DNA of 62,064 nt, the filler included, from Dugesia japonica (taxonomy: Eukaryota), in NCBI GenBank assembly GCA_001938525.1. It is 6 parts of 6 records of this genome, joined end to end, with 100 filler letters (N's around TTAATTAATTAA, not from the genome) between each part and the next. Parts side by side here need not be neighbours in the genome. Positions count along the whole stretch, not along the records: positions 10,516 to 23,112 come from MQRL01624214.1; positions 23,213 to 34,494 come from MQRL01633496.1; 4 more parts are not named here. One strand, written 5' to 3'. Of the stretch, positions 11,066 through 24,655 are shown in pieces (the first letter of the stretch is position 1; each line of letters starts with the position of its first letter). The notes below the pieces were generated by a model, which saw only the letters and a list, made by a program, of their open reading frames with translations, did not search any database and was not told where the DNA came from. Both the position numbers and the translations under genes were made by a program.

Positions 11066-12340
11066 TACAATTCAAAAATAAATATATTACGAACGGAAAA
11101 AATGTTTTTATAAAACAATTGTATAGTATTGTAATAGCTACAATATTTTTAAAATGTTTTCATTTTGGTAGAAGAGCTGCGAGACTGCAGATCTTATGGA
11201 CGAGCCACCACACAATAGAAAGTCCTACACACATTCACGATGAAAAGAACGTTTTTCACCAGCATTCTAATTGTTGCATACCAAACCATATATAGTAAGA
11301 CGTGAAAAATTTTAATCTAATTAGATTGAATAATATCAAACCACTTTTTTTATAACCCGAAGGGTCTTGGTGCCATGCTGATGTATCCACCTACACTCGT
11401 TACTTGTGTAAATGTCGAGAAAGAAGAATTTTTCAAGTTTAATCCTTTAAGTAATTTATAGACAATTTTGATTTCGAGTAGAATAAAACTAAATTCAAAA
11501 AAAATTCGCAAATTGAAAATTTCATTAAATTTTTCATTATTAAATTTTTCAAAAATAATAAAATAATTTATCTTCAAAAAAAGTCAAAACAACATAAATT
11601 GTCAAAAGCATTTTGTGTTTGAATCTTTAAAGTAAAAAAATTATGCATTACTTATCACTAATTCTTAAATTAAATTAATTAAAAGGGAAATAAGAAACAT
11701 TAAAAAATCTAGATAAAGTAAAATTCATTTACTTAAAATTTGTAATCATCAATTATTTTGTTTAACAAAAATACTAGAAAATTAAAAGCAAAAACACTTA
11801 CAAAATTTCATTTTCTTTGGATTTTATTTCTGATTTCAATTGAAAAATATTTTGTTGCAATTTCTTAATATTGATATAATTGTTAACTGAAGAATCCCGA
11901 ATAGATTTTTGATTCTCAAAGCACTTAAAATAATTGTTACAATTAAAAGTGTAAATATGACAAAGAAATAAAAAAAATTAATACCAACCTCAAACAAGGA
12001 ATAGTAAAAAATTAAAATAAAAATTGGATAACGAGAAAAAGAAATCAAATGGTAAAGTATAAGCAAAATATTAGATGGAATTGAGCTAAAATCAAGAAAA
12101 GGAGGATAACAACAGATATAGATGGTGGCAAAAAGTAGAAAACAGTAAAACGATGGCAATTGTAAGAAATAATAATGCCAGAGAAGTACGGTGAAATTGT
12201 GAAAGTGTTAACCAAAACAATATTTATTAAATTACACAGATAATTTAATATTTAAATTTTAAAAAATCTCTTTAAAAAATTAAAAACTTTATTAAAAATC
12301 TTTTTTTATTCAATCTAAATATTTAAACAAATCCCTTTCT

Positions 12341-12518
12341 AGATTTCATTAAAATAAGATAAGGCTTCGATCAAAACAAAACAAAATTTATTTGTAAAAA
12401 AAAGTTCAAATTTNNNNNNNNNNNNNNNNNNNNNNNNNNNNNNNNNNNNNNNNNNNNNNNNNNACAAATAAATTTTGTTTTGTTTTGATCGAAGCCTTAT
12501 CTTATTTTAATGAAATCT
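12341..12518. repeat. About 55-bp perfect inverted repeat around a gap (MITE or assembly mirror)
   Basis: agatttcattaaaataagataaggcttcgatcaaaacaaaacaaaatttatttgt and its exact reverse complement. Confidence 0.7.
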
Positions 12519-12579
12519 CAAATCCGATCAATGGAAATCTCAAGTCCAACAATTATTCTCACAATAATTGTAATTATAA

Positions 12580-13830
12580 AATCCCTTTCTAATTTAATTA
12601 TTTTATAACATACCTTTTTACATCATTCGAATTTCTAAAATCTTGTTGGTTTNTTTTTCTCTTTAGGAATCTTTCTCTTGTAGGATTTCTTTTTCCTTGT
12701 CACCTCTAGTTAATTATTCCGGTTTGATTATTGAACTCCTTTTTGATTAGCTTATTACTGTTGTGCTCATTAAGACTGTTTTCTCCTTTCTCCTCTAACT
12801 TTCTAATTGTATTTTTTTTATTTGATTCACATTACGAATTATCGATTTTCCTTTGTAGTTCATTCCTATATTATCGTATGTTAGTATTTCTGTATTTCTG
12901 ACATGGTCCTTTATATCCTTTCTTTTCTTTTCCGATTTAAACATTACTATATCGCCAATTCTTATTGGATAGTTATCGTTAATGATTACATTCCCTTTTG
13001 CTTTTAAATTTTGATTTATTCTTTCTAAATTCATTCTTATTCGTTCAAATTGACTTGTTCGTTATTTGAATAAGCTTGAAATTGTTTAACAAAGGCTATT
13101 TCAAAAGAAGTTGTTTTATTTTTTGTTATTCTCATATCCATTTTCGATAAAGCCATTTAATAAATGGCTTCTATCCAACATGTTATAAAATTCTAGCTGA
13201 TGTTATAAATTCTATCTTTCGTAGTTCTAAAAATTGTTTCTACCAACCTGTTTCCTTGATGATAGTATGGGCTAGCAAAGGATTGATTTTTTTAAAAAAC
13301 TTTACAAAATTCTCCCATAAATTTGTTTTTAAACTGACTTCCTTTATCGGAGTGAATAATTTTTGACATTCCAAAATTAGCGATTAATCTTTTAAATAAT
13401 TGATTCATTACTTCTTTCAATCTGATGCTTTTAGGAGGAATTAACATGTTATATCTTGAAAAGACGTATATTACTACTAAAATATATCTGCATCCTTGAA
13501 ATTTTAATATTAGTCCCGTGATATCTATTTATATTTTTTCAAACGCCCCATAAGCTACAAAATGTTTCTGAGGAATGTAGTTTGAAATCATTCTATTATT
13601 TCAATTTATGCATGGAATGCACTTTTTAATAAAGGCTTTTATTTTTTTACTAACATTCCTCCAGTTATAATAGTCATGAATTAATTCTTTAGTCTTTGTA
13701 AATCATGAATGACCCATGTTGTTATGATAATATTCAATTATTTTCTTTTTTCTTTGAAGCAAAAAATCATTTTTTAAATACGAATAATTTGTTTCGCATT
13801 ACTTTCTTTTTCGATCAGTTTTACATTAAT
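12580..13830 (-). mobile_element. Decayed Ty3/Gypsy integrase
   Basis: YHNNMGH...YYNW...IKKCIPC (HHCC), FEKI*IDITG, YILVV..FSRY, FGMSKIIHSDKGSQF (DDE core), C-terminal IRIGDIVMFK; many stops. Confidence 0.85.
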
Positions 13831-13999
13831 TGTTTCATTATGTCTAAGTTCCCATCGTTCACATTCCGGCCGGCTCCGTAAAAACGGAAAATATTAAATT
13901 CTTAAATTTTATTAGTATCTAATTTTAAAAAACTAAAATAAACATTTTTCATTCATTTATTTTATATTTTATTTTATTTAAAGTATTTATTATATAATG

Positions 14000-14226
14000 T
14001 ATGATTTTTAAAGATCTCATTATTAAATGCTCTATGATGTTTACATGTTCCATAATTATATGGTCAATGATATTTAAAGGTTCCATTATAATACAATCTA
14101 TGATTTTTAAAGATCTAATTATTGAATGGTCTATGATGTTTAAAGGTTCCGTAATTATATGGTCAATGATATTTAAAGGTTCTATTTTTATATGGTGTAT
14201 GATATTTAAAGGTTTCATTATTATGG
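14000..14226. repeat. 33-bp minisatellite, about 7 copies
   Basis: Unit approx. tatgatatttaaaggttccattattatatggtc; explains the repetitive ORFs 13949-14242 and 14001-14252. Confidence 0.9.
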
Positions 14227-15240
14227 TAAAAAAATGTCCCAAAGATGATTAATATGTGTTAAATAATATAAAATATGACATGTATTGAATAAGTAACAGT
14301 TCCATTAGAATTCTCTATCGTTTTGTGGAGCTGAGTCTAGTAAATTATTGACGATAATGACTGATTGTTTTTAAACAATTGAACTGGTGTTCAATTTATG
14401 TCCGGATGTGAATGGATAGTATAGTAGATGCACATACAGAGATGCACATACTATAAATCGAGCTTTGCTAGTTAAAACTACGCGAGCTGGTCGATAAGTT
14501 CAATTATGAAAGGAAACGATCATGTGCTATCTGACCTTAATGGATTCATTCTGCTGGACTGTTGTATGACGGAGGAGGTAATGTTATGGAAGGAAAACAA
14601 GACTTTTACTGTAGCAATACATGAAAATAATTAATAATTATTAATAATTTATTGATTTAAAAAAAAACTTAATAAAAATTTATTAAATGATTTATTTCAT
14701 ATTTTAAAGCTCATAAACCTTAAAAATATACTTGAAACTGATTTTTTGCAATACAAAAGCTGCATTCATGCAACACAATCATTTTAGCGCAAAGTTACCT
14801 TTGACAACCTATAGACCAATTTTTATAGCAAANNNNNNNNNNNNNNNNNNNNNNNNNNNNNNNNNNNNNNNNNNNNNNNNNNNNNNNNNNNNNNNNNNNN
14901 AAAAAAATACATTTTCACACACACAAGCACCGTCACATAATATACTAAACCTTTTCACAATCACTTGTTCCCAGTGTTCCTCTTTCAATCAAAGCAAAAA
15001 TCATTCAAATCCATCAAAAAATCGCTACATTGGAACCTATTAACTGAAATCCGAAAACATGTTACTGTAACCAACAGGAACATCAATAATTATCAATCTG
15101 GATGGGGGAAGGGGATGAAGCAAAATTGACCAATCAAAATGATGAGGTCATGCTTACCAATCTACCTACTGTAGTGATAATTTGTTCATAAGTGACTACA
15201 ACTTGTGCATAGATGTCAGTAAATTACCCTAAAGAATGAC

Positions 15241-18200
15241 TATTGTTTATAGATTTATATCTAATGGTACAAATTAAGCATATTCAATGGATCAAGTTNN
15301 NNNNNNNNNNNNNNNNNNNNNNNNNNNNNNNNNNNNNNNNNNNNNNNNNNNTAATATGTAAGTCAAATACGTAAAGAAATTGAATTTATAGGTTTAATGA
15401 ATGTATCTGGTGCATTGAATATACTAGATTCATTTACTGTACTGGATTAATGAATGCATCGGATTTAATGATTTGTATTGATATAAGATATAAAAGTGTT
15501 GACACATTTTCCTTTCCACAATTTCTGAATAAAAAATTTTCGAAATTTGAAAAGATTATATTTATTGCAAACAATGAATTAAACAAAATATATTTAAAAT
15601 GTTAATATAATTAATTAATAATTTAAATTAAAATTATTTAAAATNNNNNNNNNNNNNNNNNNNNNNNNNNNNNNNNNNNNNNNNNNNNNNNNNNNNNNNN
15701 NNNNNNNNNNNNNNNNNNNNNNNNNNNNNNNNNNNNNNNNNNNNNNNNNNNNATTTATTAATCTAAAGGAAGACAAGCTCATGATTACAATGGAAATTCT
15801 TGGACATAGTTAAATAGAGTATCAAATACTTTATCAACGTATAAAAATTCATGAATTCTGTATTATTTTTATTAAATTTCACTTACTGCTTGAAAATTTG
15901 AATTAACTTACATGACTTCTCGGAAACTTTGAATTATTTTTCTACACTTCTCTGAAAGTATTCATAAATTTTAAACACATCTCAGAAATAATTCAATTAT
16001 TTTCACATTATTTTACAAAGGTTTTGAGAATCTTCCAAGACTTCTCTATAGCTTTTGGATACTCAATGGTTTTCTAAGTATTTATAGCATTTTAGAGTTT
16101 TCTATGGTTTTATGAGTTGTATAGGGTTGTATTTGATACACTGTTTTCATTGAATATGATATGTTTAACTAATTTATTAAGAGTTTCATATAGAAAAATA
16201 CATTAAGTTTATTTACTTACACCGATAGCATATAAATAATAGCAACTTGAATAAATCATACAACAATTTCAATTTTTATTGACTTAATATACACAGTCTT
16301 TAGACAGCAATTTCTTCAAAGTATAATCATATTTCAAAGAAATAAACTGATTTTCATTAAAACATACTAACTTTCATTAATTCATAACAAATCAGTTAAA
16401 TTTAAGCAGTAATACACTAGATTCAATACAGCATACACTAATGACTTATACCAATAAAATATGTATTAAGTACTAGTGTTAAGTACTATTAAATACTACT
16501 ATTATTCATACACTAGTGTTATTTAGTACTTTATCAATTTCATATAAATTTCATATGAAACACACTGAAGAAAATATACATACCTTGTATAAATATAGAC
16601 AGATCTCATAATGACAAAGACCAAAACCTATTAAAATTATTATTATCAAGACGTATTATTATCAAATTTATATTACCTAATAGGTAATATACATTTAGGT
16701 GTGTATACATGTATTAATTGGATTGGGTAATGTAAGTATAAAATGATTGATTGAATCTTTAATTAAATGGCTTTAATTTTAATAATTATGTCATTAAAAT
16801 GGAAGCCATCGTATTGAATTTTTATAACATGAAGACAGAAAACAACGAGATGGAGAAAGAACAGTGGCCATCATACGATGAAGATACATGAGGGGAGTGA
16901 CTACACAGAGAATAAGTGCATATAAGGAGAAGATCATGGACCATTTTCATGAATAAATATTTTCAATAATATGTTTTGTGTTTTATTATTTGTTGTGTTT
17001 TATTTTCTGTTATATGTTTATTGATAAGTATTTTAATTTTCAAAAGTAATATGTCAATAGACTATACACAGATTTCGTAGGTAAAGTGTATCACCCTTTT
17101 TATTGAATTAAGCATTATTTTCAATAGGATATATACTCGTTTTATGTAATTCTTAATAAGTCTACTCAAACTTATATACTAATATCATATGTATACAGTA
17201 CTTTCATACATATATAATCCGATATTTGATACAATTAACCATCATACATTTAATTTATTTAATACTTATACTATACAAGTCCATTAAACACTATAAAACT
17301 AAATACAATCCATAAACCAATTGTTGAAAATTTTAAGTAAAGTATGTCTCGGCCTTAGGATTTTATTCATATTAGTCATAAATCCATAGAAATGAAGGAA
17401 ATCTTTCTTAAAATTAATACAAGTAATTTTAATTAATTTGTTTTTAATTTTCAGAAGAAAGAAGGAATGGAAAAAGCAGAGGTGCAAGCAGTAGGGCAAA
17501 CGAGTTGTATTCAGAGGGGCACTCAGAAATGTAGGCGGATGGTGATGATGAACGATAAATTACTATAATATTTTAGAAGTGTTGGAAAATTATACAGAGT
17601 TTCCATGAATTGTTAGAATATTATAAAATACTTCAGAGAAGTGTTAGAAATTAATGAAGAATTTAAGAGAAATGTTGGAAAATTCTCAAAACCTCTATAA
17701 AAAAATGGGAAAATAATTGAATTATTTCCGAGATGTGTTGAAATTTATGAAGAATTTCGATTTATTTAATCATTAAGAGCAAGCAGGATTGCCAATGAGC
17801 AAACAAAGAAGCAGAAGAATAATCAGTTGATTAAAATATACTGAAATGGTTATATTATTTTAAATAAGAAGCATGTCATATCAGCTCTTACTCACCATCA
17901 CTCAGTATTAATTTATCATTTTATCTTTAAATTTTACTCATTAAAGATAGAAATTAGAGGAAAATGTAGATAAATATAGCTAAAAAAGGTAAATAACGGG
18001 AAATGATGAGAAAACAATAATATATTATTTCGAGAACCATACATTTATCAATAGTAGTTTATTAAGTAATAAACTACTTAATTACTTAAGTAAAGTGTTT
18101 TTAATTCTGAATTGAGTAGTATAAAAATATTTTTAAAAATCATTATTATTTTGATTATAATTATAATTTATAATTAATTATATTATATATTATTTCGAGA

Positions 18201-19842
18201 ACCACGCGTTTTTCTACAGTAAACTCTATGTGAAATATGTTCAGATTTTAATTCTGAGTTGAATAGTATGAAAACATTTTGAAATTTATTATTATTTTGA
18301 TTATAAATATAATTTATAATTAATTATATAATTATATATTATCACTTGAACGAAGGAATTTTATACTCTAAAGTTTATATGAAATATGTTCAGTTTTTTA
18401 TTCTGAGTTCATCGATATCAAATTTGTTTGCTTATCATAAGTATTTCCAGAGTAAATAATTTATTTTAATTAATAATTGAGTTACTTTTGTATTTTTTCG
18501 AAAAAGTTATGAAATCCGGGAGGACAGCTGTATATCTTCGTTAGGAAGCATTTTTGCCGAGACGATATTTTAACTTTGCATATCCACTTTTTCCTCCTGA
18601 GTAAAATGACATCAAATTTGAGCACATAACAGTTCTCTGCGNACAGAGGTCAGTGCGCTAAACTCTGAAATTTGAGATTTTTTCACCACAAAACTTCATT
18701 TATTTAATCAAGTTTTGACTTAAGCGATTTTAGGTTAACATATTTGGAATCCGCGAAAACTTTTCTATCGAATAGACACTTTGCTGACATATTTGAGAAG
18801 GAAAAAATTTCCGAAAAATTTTTATTTGTGAGAAATGATTACCGTAAAATTCTCAACAGTTTGGTATTAAAATCTTTGAAATCTGAGATAAAGAACATAT
18901 TTTTCAAAAATTTAGACTGTTCACCCGACTCCCAAAAACTTTTTTCCACCTAAAAAGCCTAAAAAATATTACCGCTTAAAAAACCTAGAAAACTTTCCCA
19001 ACTAAATACCCAGGGAAAAATGCAAAACACTTACCGCCTAAAAAGCCTAAAAATTTTCCCAGCTAAATACATTGGAAAAATTTAAAAACAGTTGCGTAAT
19101 AATGTCGCAACGAAATTAATTACATTATGTAATGCACACAAATGTATGCCTCCGCCTATTTACATTAGAAAAATACAAAAACACTTATGTAATAATGCGA
19201 TTACGCCAACGGGGGATACCAAATGTGTGCTGTTCATGTGCGCTACTATCTATCTACTTACGTTGATAAAATATTTCATACTCTATTTACCTAGGTCCAA
19301 GGATTTCCATTATAATCATGAGTTTGTCTTCCTTTAGATTAATAAATGTTGCTGCATATATTTGTTTGATTGATATAAATCATTGAGTTTTAACATTAGA
19401 ATACTTAAAACTTGAATGTTATTTAATCATATTTCGAAACATAGGTCTACTATAGATTTTAAANNNNNNNNNNNNNNNNNNNNNNNNNNNNNNNNNNNNN
19501 NNNNNNNNNNNNNNNNNNNNNNNNNNNNNNNNNNNNNNNNNNNNNNNNNNNNNNNNNNNNNNNNNNNNNNNNNNNNNNNNNNNNNNNNNNNNNNNNNNNN
19601 NNNNNNNNNNNNNNNNNNNNNNNNNNNNNNNNNNNNNNNNNNNNNNNNNNNNNNNNNNNTATTCAATGCACCAGATACATTCATTAAACCTATAAATTCA
19701 ATTTCTTTACGTATTTGACTTACATATTATATTTAATGCTTTCATTTATCTTAATCTAATAATTCAAGTTAATCAATACAGCAACTTGATCCATTGAATA
19801 TGCTTAATGTGTTCCATTAGACATAAATCTATAAACAATAGT
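15241..19842. repeat. Nested inverted repeats: 15241-15421 with 19660-19842, and about 15950-16050 with about 17660-17760
   Basis: taatatgtaagtcaaatacgtaaagaaattgaatttataggtttaatgaatgtatctggtgcattgaata is reverse-complemented at 19660. acacatctcagaaataattcaattatt pairs with aataattgaattatttccgagatgtgt. Confidence 0.8.
18020..18420. repeat. About 165-bp degenerate tandem repeat (about 2.5 units; related unit near 21080-21240)
   Basis: Recurring tattatttcgagaacca...ttaattctgagttg...attattattttgattataa blocks. Confidence 0.7.
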
Positions 19843-20344
19843 TACTATTTTTATAAAAAATAATCACTAAACTGAGTCTAAAGTTTACTGAGGGTTAACA
19901 TGATTTTATAGTCATAATTCATTTCATCTTACATCTAATGATACAGTTAATCAATTTAAATAATTATTCATTAAGTGATCTAACAATTTTGTCAAGGTAA
20001 ATACACTAATTAGCCAATGAGTACAGTGTGATATAGTGAGCAAGTGAGTACAGAAACCCATTGATATTTAAACGAATGGATAGAGTAAGCAAATCAGTAT
20101 AATAAATCAATTCAATACAGTAAACCAATATTTTACAGTAAACTAATGTGAACAGTGAAACCGAATATCACAGTAAACCATATGTGTTACAGTAAAACTA
20201 GTGAAAAATAAAAAAGTCAATGAAATCCCCACATAGTAGCTGATCGAATCAAATTTTTAAAATAAATTATTTGACTTATTACTATTTCTCTAATCAATCT
20301 ATAATTATCAATTCATCAAGTTTAATTATTCATACATTAAGTGA

Positions 20345-20610
20345 TGTGTAAATTGTAACTACCTATACATAAATTAACGTCACCTATGTGTAAATTGTAT
20401 ACACATATAAGCAAATTACCACCAACTATGTGTTAATTGTAACCATCATTGTACAAATTACAACAACCTATGAATAAATTGTAGACATCTATAAGCAAAT
20501 TATCATCACCTATGTGTAAAATATAGAGAACTATGTACAAATTGTTGAAAGCTATGATTAAATTGTAACCGACTATGTTTAAATTACAATCACCTACGTA
20601 TCAATTGTGA
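20345..20610. repeat. About 21-bp degenerate minisatellite
   Basis: Recurring acctatgtgtaaattgta / tataagcaaatta units. Confidence 0.75.
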
Positions 20611-21682
20611 CATTAGTTTGAAATTTTTAAGTATAAATTTAATTTGTATAACTTGATTTTTATAACTTTCTATAGATATACACAAAATATATACTAAGTC
20701 CATAAGTAATTCCATTAAAATGTATAGGCCGGTAATTAAAATATAGACTAATTTTATTAAGATTTATTGAATTTCCATTAATGTCAGTAAAATTAATTAA
20801 ATTTAATTAATTTCACTAAATTTCATGGAATATAATAGGTTTAATGGATTTATAGTATTCATTGGATGTATTATATTGTTTTTGTTTCGTAGAGTTCAAC
20901 AGTTGTATTTAAACAGTAAACCAGTGATTATAGTAAAATAGTAGAAAACAATGTAATAATATAGACATATTTTATTAAGATTTATTAAATTTCCATTAAT
21001 TTCTTCAATTTATCTAAGTTTTATAAATTTCACAGAGTTTAGCAACAGAAAGCCAGTATTTACAGAAAATTATAGAGATTTTATTTTGAGTTGAATGGTT
21101 TAATTATATTTTAAAAAAGTATTATTATTCGAATTTATATTTATAATTAATTATATATTATTTCCTCAGTGAAGCATTTTTCAGTATAAGTCCTTAGACA
21201 ATATATAGGTAACCTTTTATTCTGCGTCCAATGGCATCAAAATGATCACCACACAACTATTACTGACCAAGAAATTTCTAAACCAATTTCAAAGTTTTTT
21301 TGCGTGCTAGTACGTTTATCTCGGAACCAAAATGTTTCGTCAAAAGTAACGTGAAATCTATATCGACAATTTAATGCTGAGTTCAACGATACCAAATTTG
21401 AAACCTTACGATAAAAATTCGCCAAAAAAAATTACAAGCCAAAATTTCGAAATTCGATCTTTATGAGCCAAAATTCGACTAAAACAATTCGAAATAGAAA
21501 AATTTTGGATCCTAAATATTCGACCAATTAAAATCCAAAAATTCTAAATGATAAAATCAAACCAAAAAAACAAACCACTTTGCCGGCAGAGGGAGGGGCA
21601 TGTGGTTTAGTAGGTTTTCTAATATTACATGAAAAATAATATTAACAAATATTAAAAATTGAGTCCGTATTACAAGACTTAC

Positions 21683-22655
21683 ATTTAAAACTTCAGTTAA
21701 TTCTTTGTCCTTAAATAAAAAAATTAATACTGCATTGTATATATAGCTCATACCTTTTTGATCAACATTTCATCAGTTTTCCGTAACTTACATTTGAGAA
21801 TTTCATTTTCTCCCTTTAACGCAACAATATCCTAAATATTCATAGATACATGTAGTTATGAGTTTTAAATTCCAGTCTAACAATAACATGCTATAATATA
21901 ATTATACATTCTTAAAAAATTGTAGATCTGAAAAATTTTTGTGATGTAAAATTGGAAGAATTTTAAATTTATAAGTCTTATTCTGGATAGAATTTAATTT
22001 AAAAAAAATATTTTTTTAATCTTGAAAATAGTTATTTTGAAATTAAATACAAAAACGTCTATATTCCTCTCAACCTAATCGCAAAATCTTAACAAGAAAT
22101 AATTTGATGATTTTCTAAAACTGTACAATATTTTACTTTTTTCATCAAGACGGCATTAACCACTCTTTAACTACCAATTAAAAAATCTGAAAATTGCGGT
22201 TTTCCCAAAGTACTATTTTCAGCTTAACATTAAATACAAAAACACATGAAAATATTATTCTCGTTTTAACTTTATTGAAATAAATATAAACAATTCAAAG
22301 TTGCAAAGATTTTAAGTTGTAATTTTTTAAAAACATAGTAGTGAAAGTTAATTATTACAATCTTAAAATTTATTAATTTTATTTATCAAATTTAATGAGT
22401 AATGTTAATTACAAACTTAAGTGGGTGAAATATCAAATATGCTAATTTACATAAGTATTTAAGAAGTTAGAAAAAATCATTTATTTAAAACCTTTTTAAT
22501 CAAAATTATTTCATCGAAGTACTCTTCTTGACTTTTATAATGTGAAGTTTTTGGATTATGTACGGTTTTCATAAGATCAGAATTATCTGTACACAATTTA
22601 ACACTGTCACTCTGTTTTATATTTCGAATTTGTGGATTATTTGAACCAATTGAAG
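21683..22655 (-). CDS. IQCE: IQ domain-containing protein E-like, partial (exons 22655-22492, 21831-21754, 21709-21683; possible upstream exon 23738-23616)
   Basis: Phase-consistent GT-AG splicing gives YKSQEEYFDEIILIKK|DIVALKGENEILKCKLRKTDEMLIKK|DKELTEVLN, matching my recollection of human IQCE YREKEDMYDEIIELKKSLHVQKSDVDLMRTKLRRLEEENSRKDRQIEQLLD. Confidence 0.75.
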
Positions 22656-23344
22656 CTATAAAAATTCATTATAAATGAAGGATTATTCAAATTCAATACA
22701 TCTTTGATTTAATATTTCTAACCATAACATATAACTAGATTTTTCAGATTTACTCATTGAACTTAAAACTAAAGTCTTTGGTTTTACAAAAACAATTCTT
22801 TAAAAATTATACAAAATCTTAGGAACAAGTAATGATTAGATGAATTTCTAAAATTGTACAATGTTATACTATTTTTATCAGAATGACATTATTAGATTAT
22901 TAATAGTAATATTGAAAATTAATAAAAAGAATTAAAATTTGACTTGATTAATTAAACAGTATATTGAAAAGAAATTCTGAATAAATAATTATAATTACAT
23001 AATAATGAAATATTTAAGTTAATTTTAATTTAAGAAAATTTTAAAACGTTGAAAGTTAATTAGTGATCAGCTATTAACTATAGAGACAGTATCAACATGA
23101 TTTTTAAATAATNNNNNNNNNNNNNNNNNNNNNNNNNNNNNNNNNNNNNNNNNNNNTTAATTAATTAANNNNNNNNNNNNNNNNNNNNNNNNNNNNNNNN
23201 NNNNNNNNNNNNCAGCTAAATATGTTTAATTCTGAAAACGAAAATCTATAATTAATTAAGACTCAACTGACTGATAAAATCAAAATTCATTGAAACTGAT
23301 GTTAAACGGAAATCTAATAAATTAATGATAAGTAGGATTTAAAT

Positions 23345-23500
23345 CAGGCGAGTATCATGTGAAACGAACCCGAACCAAAGGGGTGCGAGTCTGTACTCGA
23401 GCTACGATTAAACGGCTTCATCCTGAAGATCTGGATTTTTGGGGACACCAGGTTCAAATTCATCGCGGCGTTTTACCAGGTCAGTTACCCTAGACTTAAT
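23345..23500 (+). repeat. Dispersed repeat of about 150 bp (second copy about 53050-53180)
   Basis: ccgaaccaaag..cgagtctg.actcga...atctggattttt..gaca.cag...cgcgg.gttttac...accctagacttaa shared between copies. Confidence 0.8.
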
Positions 23501-24655
23501 TTTATATAAAGTTCGACCCCCCTAGATTTGAATCAAACAAGAATTCAACCCACCTATGGTAAAACCCCAACAAAAGCACTACTATTGTTGGTCTGAAAAG
23601 TTAAATTATCTTTACCATATGGGCCACTTTCAATATCCGGTAATTTAGCATCTTCATAATACAGTTCATCATTTTCTATATCAGAACATCCAACAGTAAT
23701 GCCATTTATTTTCCAAATATTATAGCACTTTACTTCAGCTTATCAATTTTATAGGATTAATGCTAAAATAAATTATGAAAATAATAAACTCTAACTAAAC
23801 AACTGATAAAACTATCAGTGATAATCGATAAAAATGGTAATTTTTATATTTCTTATATCAATTAATAGGGTAGAAATTTCAATGCACAATGTAGCAAAAA
23901 AATTATCAAACTATTATATATGTACGAGTATAAACGTATGACTAAATTTTCTTTGATTCACAGAATCAGCTAATATAAATATCATAAAGCTATTTATCTT
24001 TATTGTCACATCCCGTTTTGATATTAGAATCAGCCATTTTGACTGATGTCGCAATAAATAGTAAATAGTCGGCATATCAGTATTATTTTACTTAGTATTA
24101 AATTTGAAAAAAGAATTATTCATAATATTAATTACTTACAAATATGTATAAAAGGTTTTTAAGAATATGTATTTGTTATGGAAATTCATAAAGCATTGGA
24201 CAATTAAAGCTAAATTTTTTAATAGTTATGCGTTAGCCAAAGTAATAAAAGCTAGATAAGACAGGCGAACTCAATGTAATTTTGCAAAGTCTGAAGGCTT
24301 TAATTTTAATATTTCGTATTTTAAAGGATTGTTTTAGACACCGATGCTTCTTTCGACAATACATGAAAATTGTCATCACAGAAAGTAAGTCATGACAGGG
24401 GAACAAATTGATTACGGATCACATGCGACGATGACTCACGAGAAGGGTGTATTGTGAGTATTACTAAAAATCAAACGTTTAGACTGGAATACGCTGTCTC
24501 GGCTTAAACATAACGTAACGGCTATCAATTCAGCTTATTCAATGGTGCACTAACGGCGACTAGTTTGGATGTGTCTAAAACGTTTTCAAAAAACAAATAA
24601 TAACGTCGGTTCCAACGTCCTAACATAAAGCAAATTCCAAAATCAATTTATTTTA

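Noticed and set aside
11836-12159. Hydrophobic 107-aa ORF resembling a membrane or mitochondrial protein
   Set aside because: Low-complexity T-rich strand; no recognisable motif or splice structure.
13949-14252. Repetitive 11-aa-repeat ORFs on both strands; CRISPR-like periodicity
   Set aside because: By-product of a 33-bp minisatellite; no unique spacers; eukaryotic context.
23425-23460. Hammerhead-like CTGAAGA core (also CTGATGA at 3807)
   Set aside because: No correctly placed GAAA after a closing stem II and no stems I/III.
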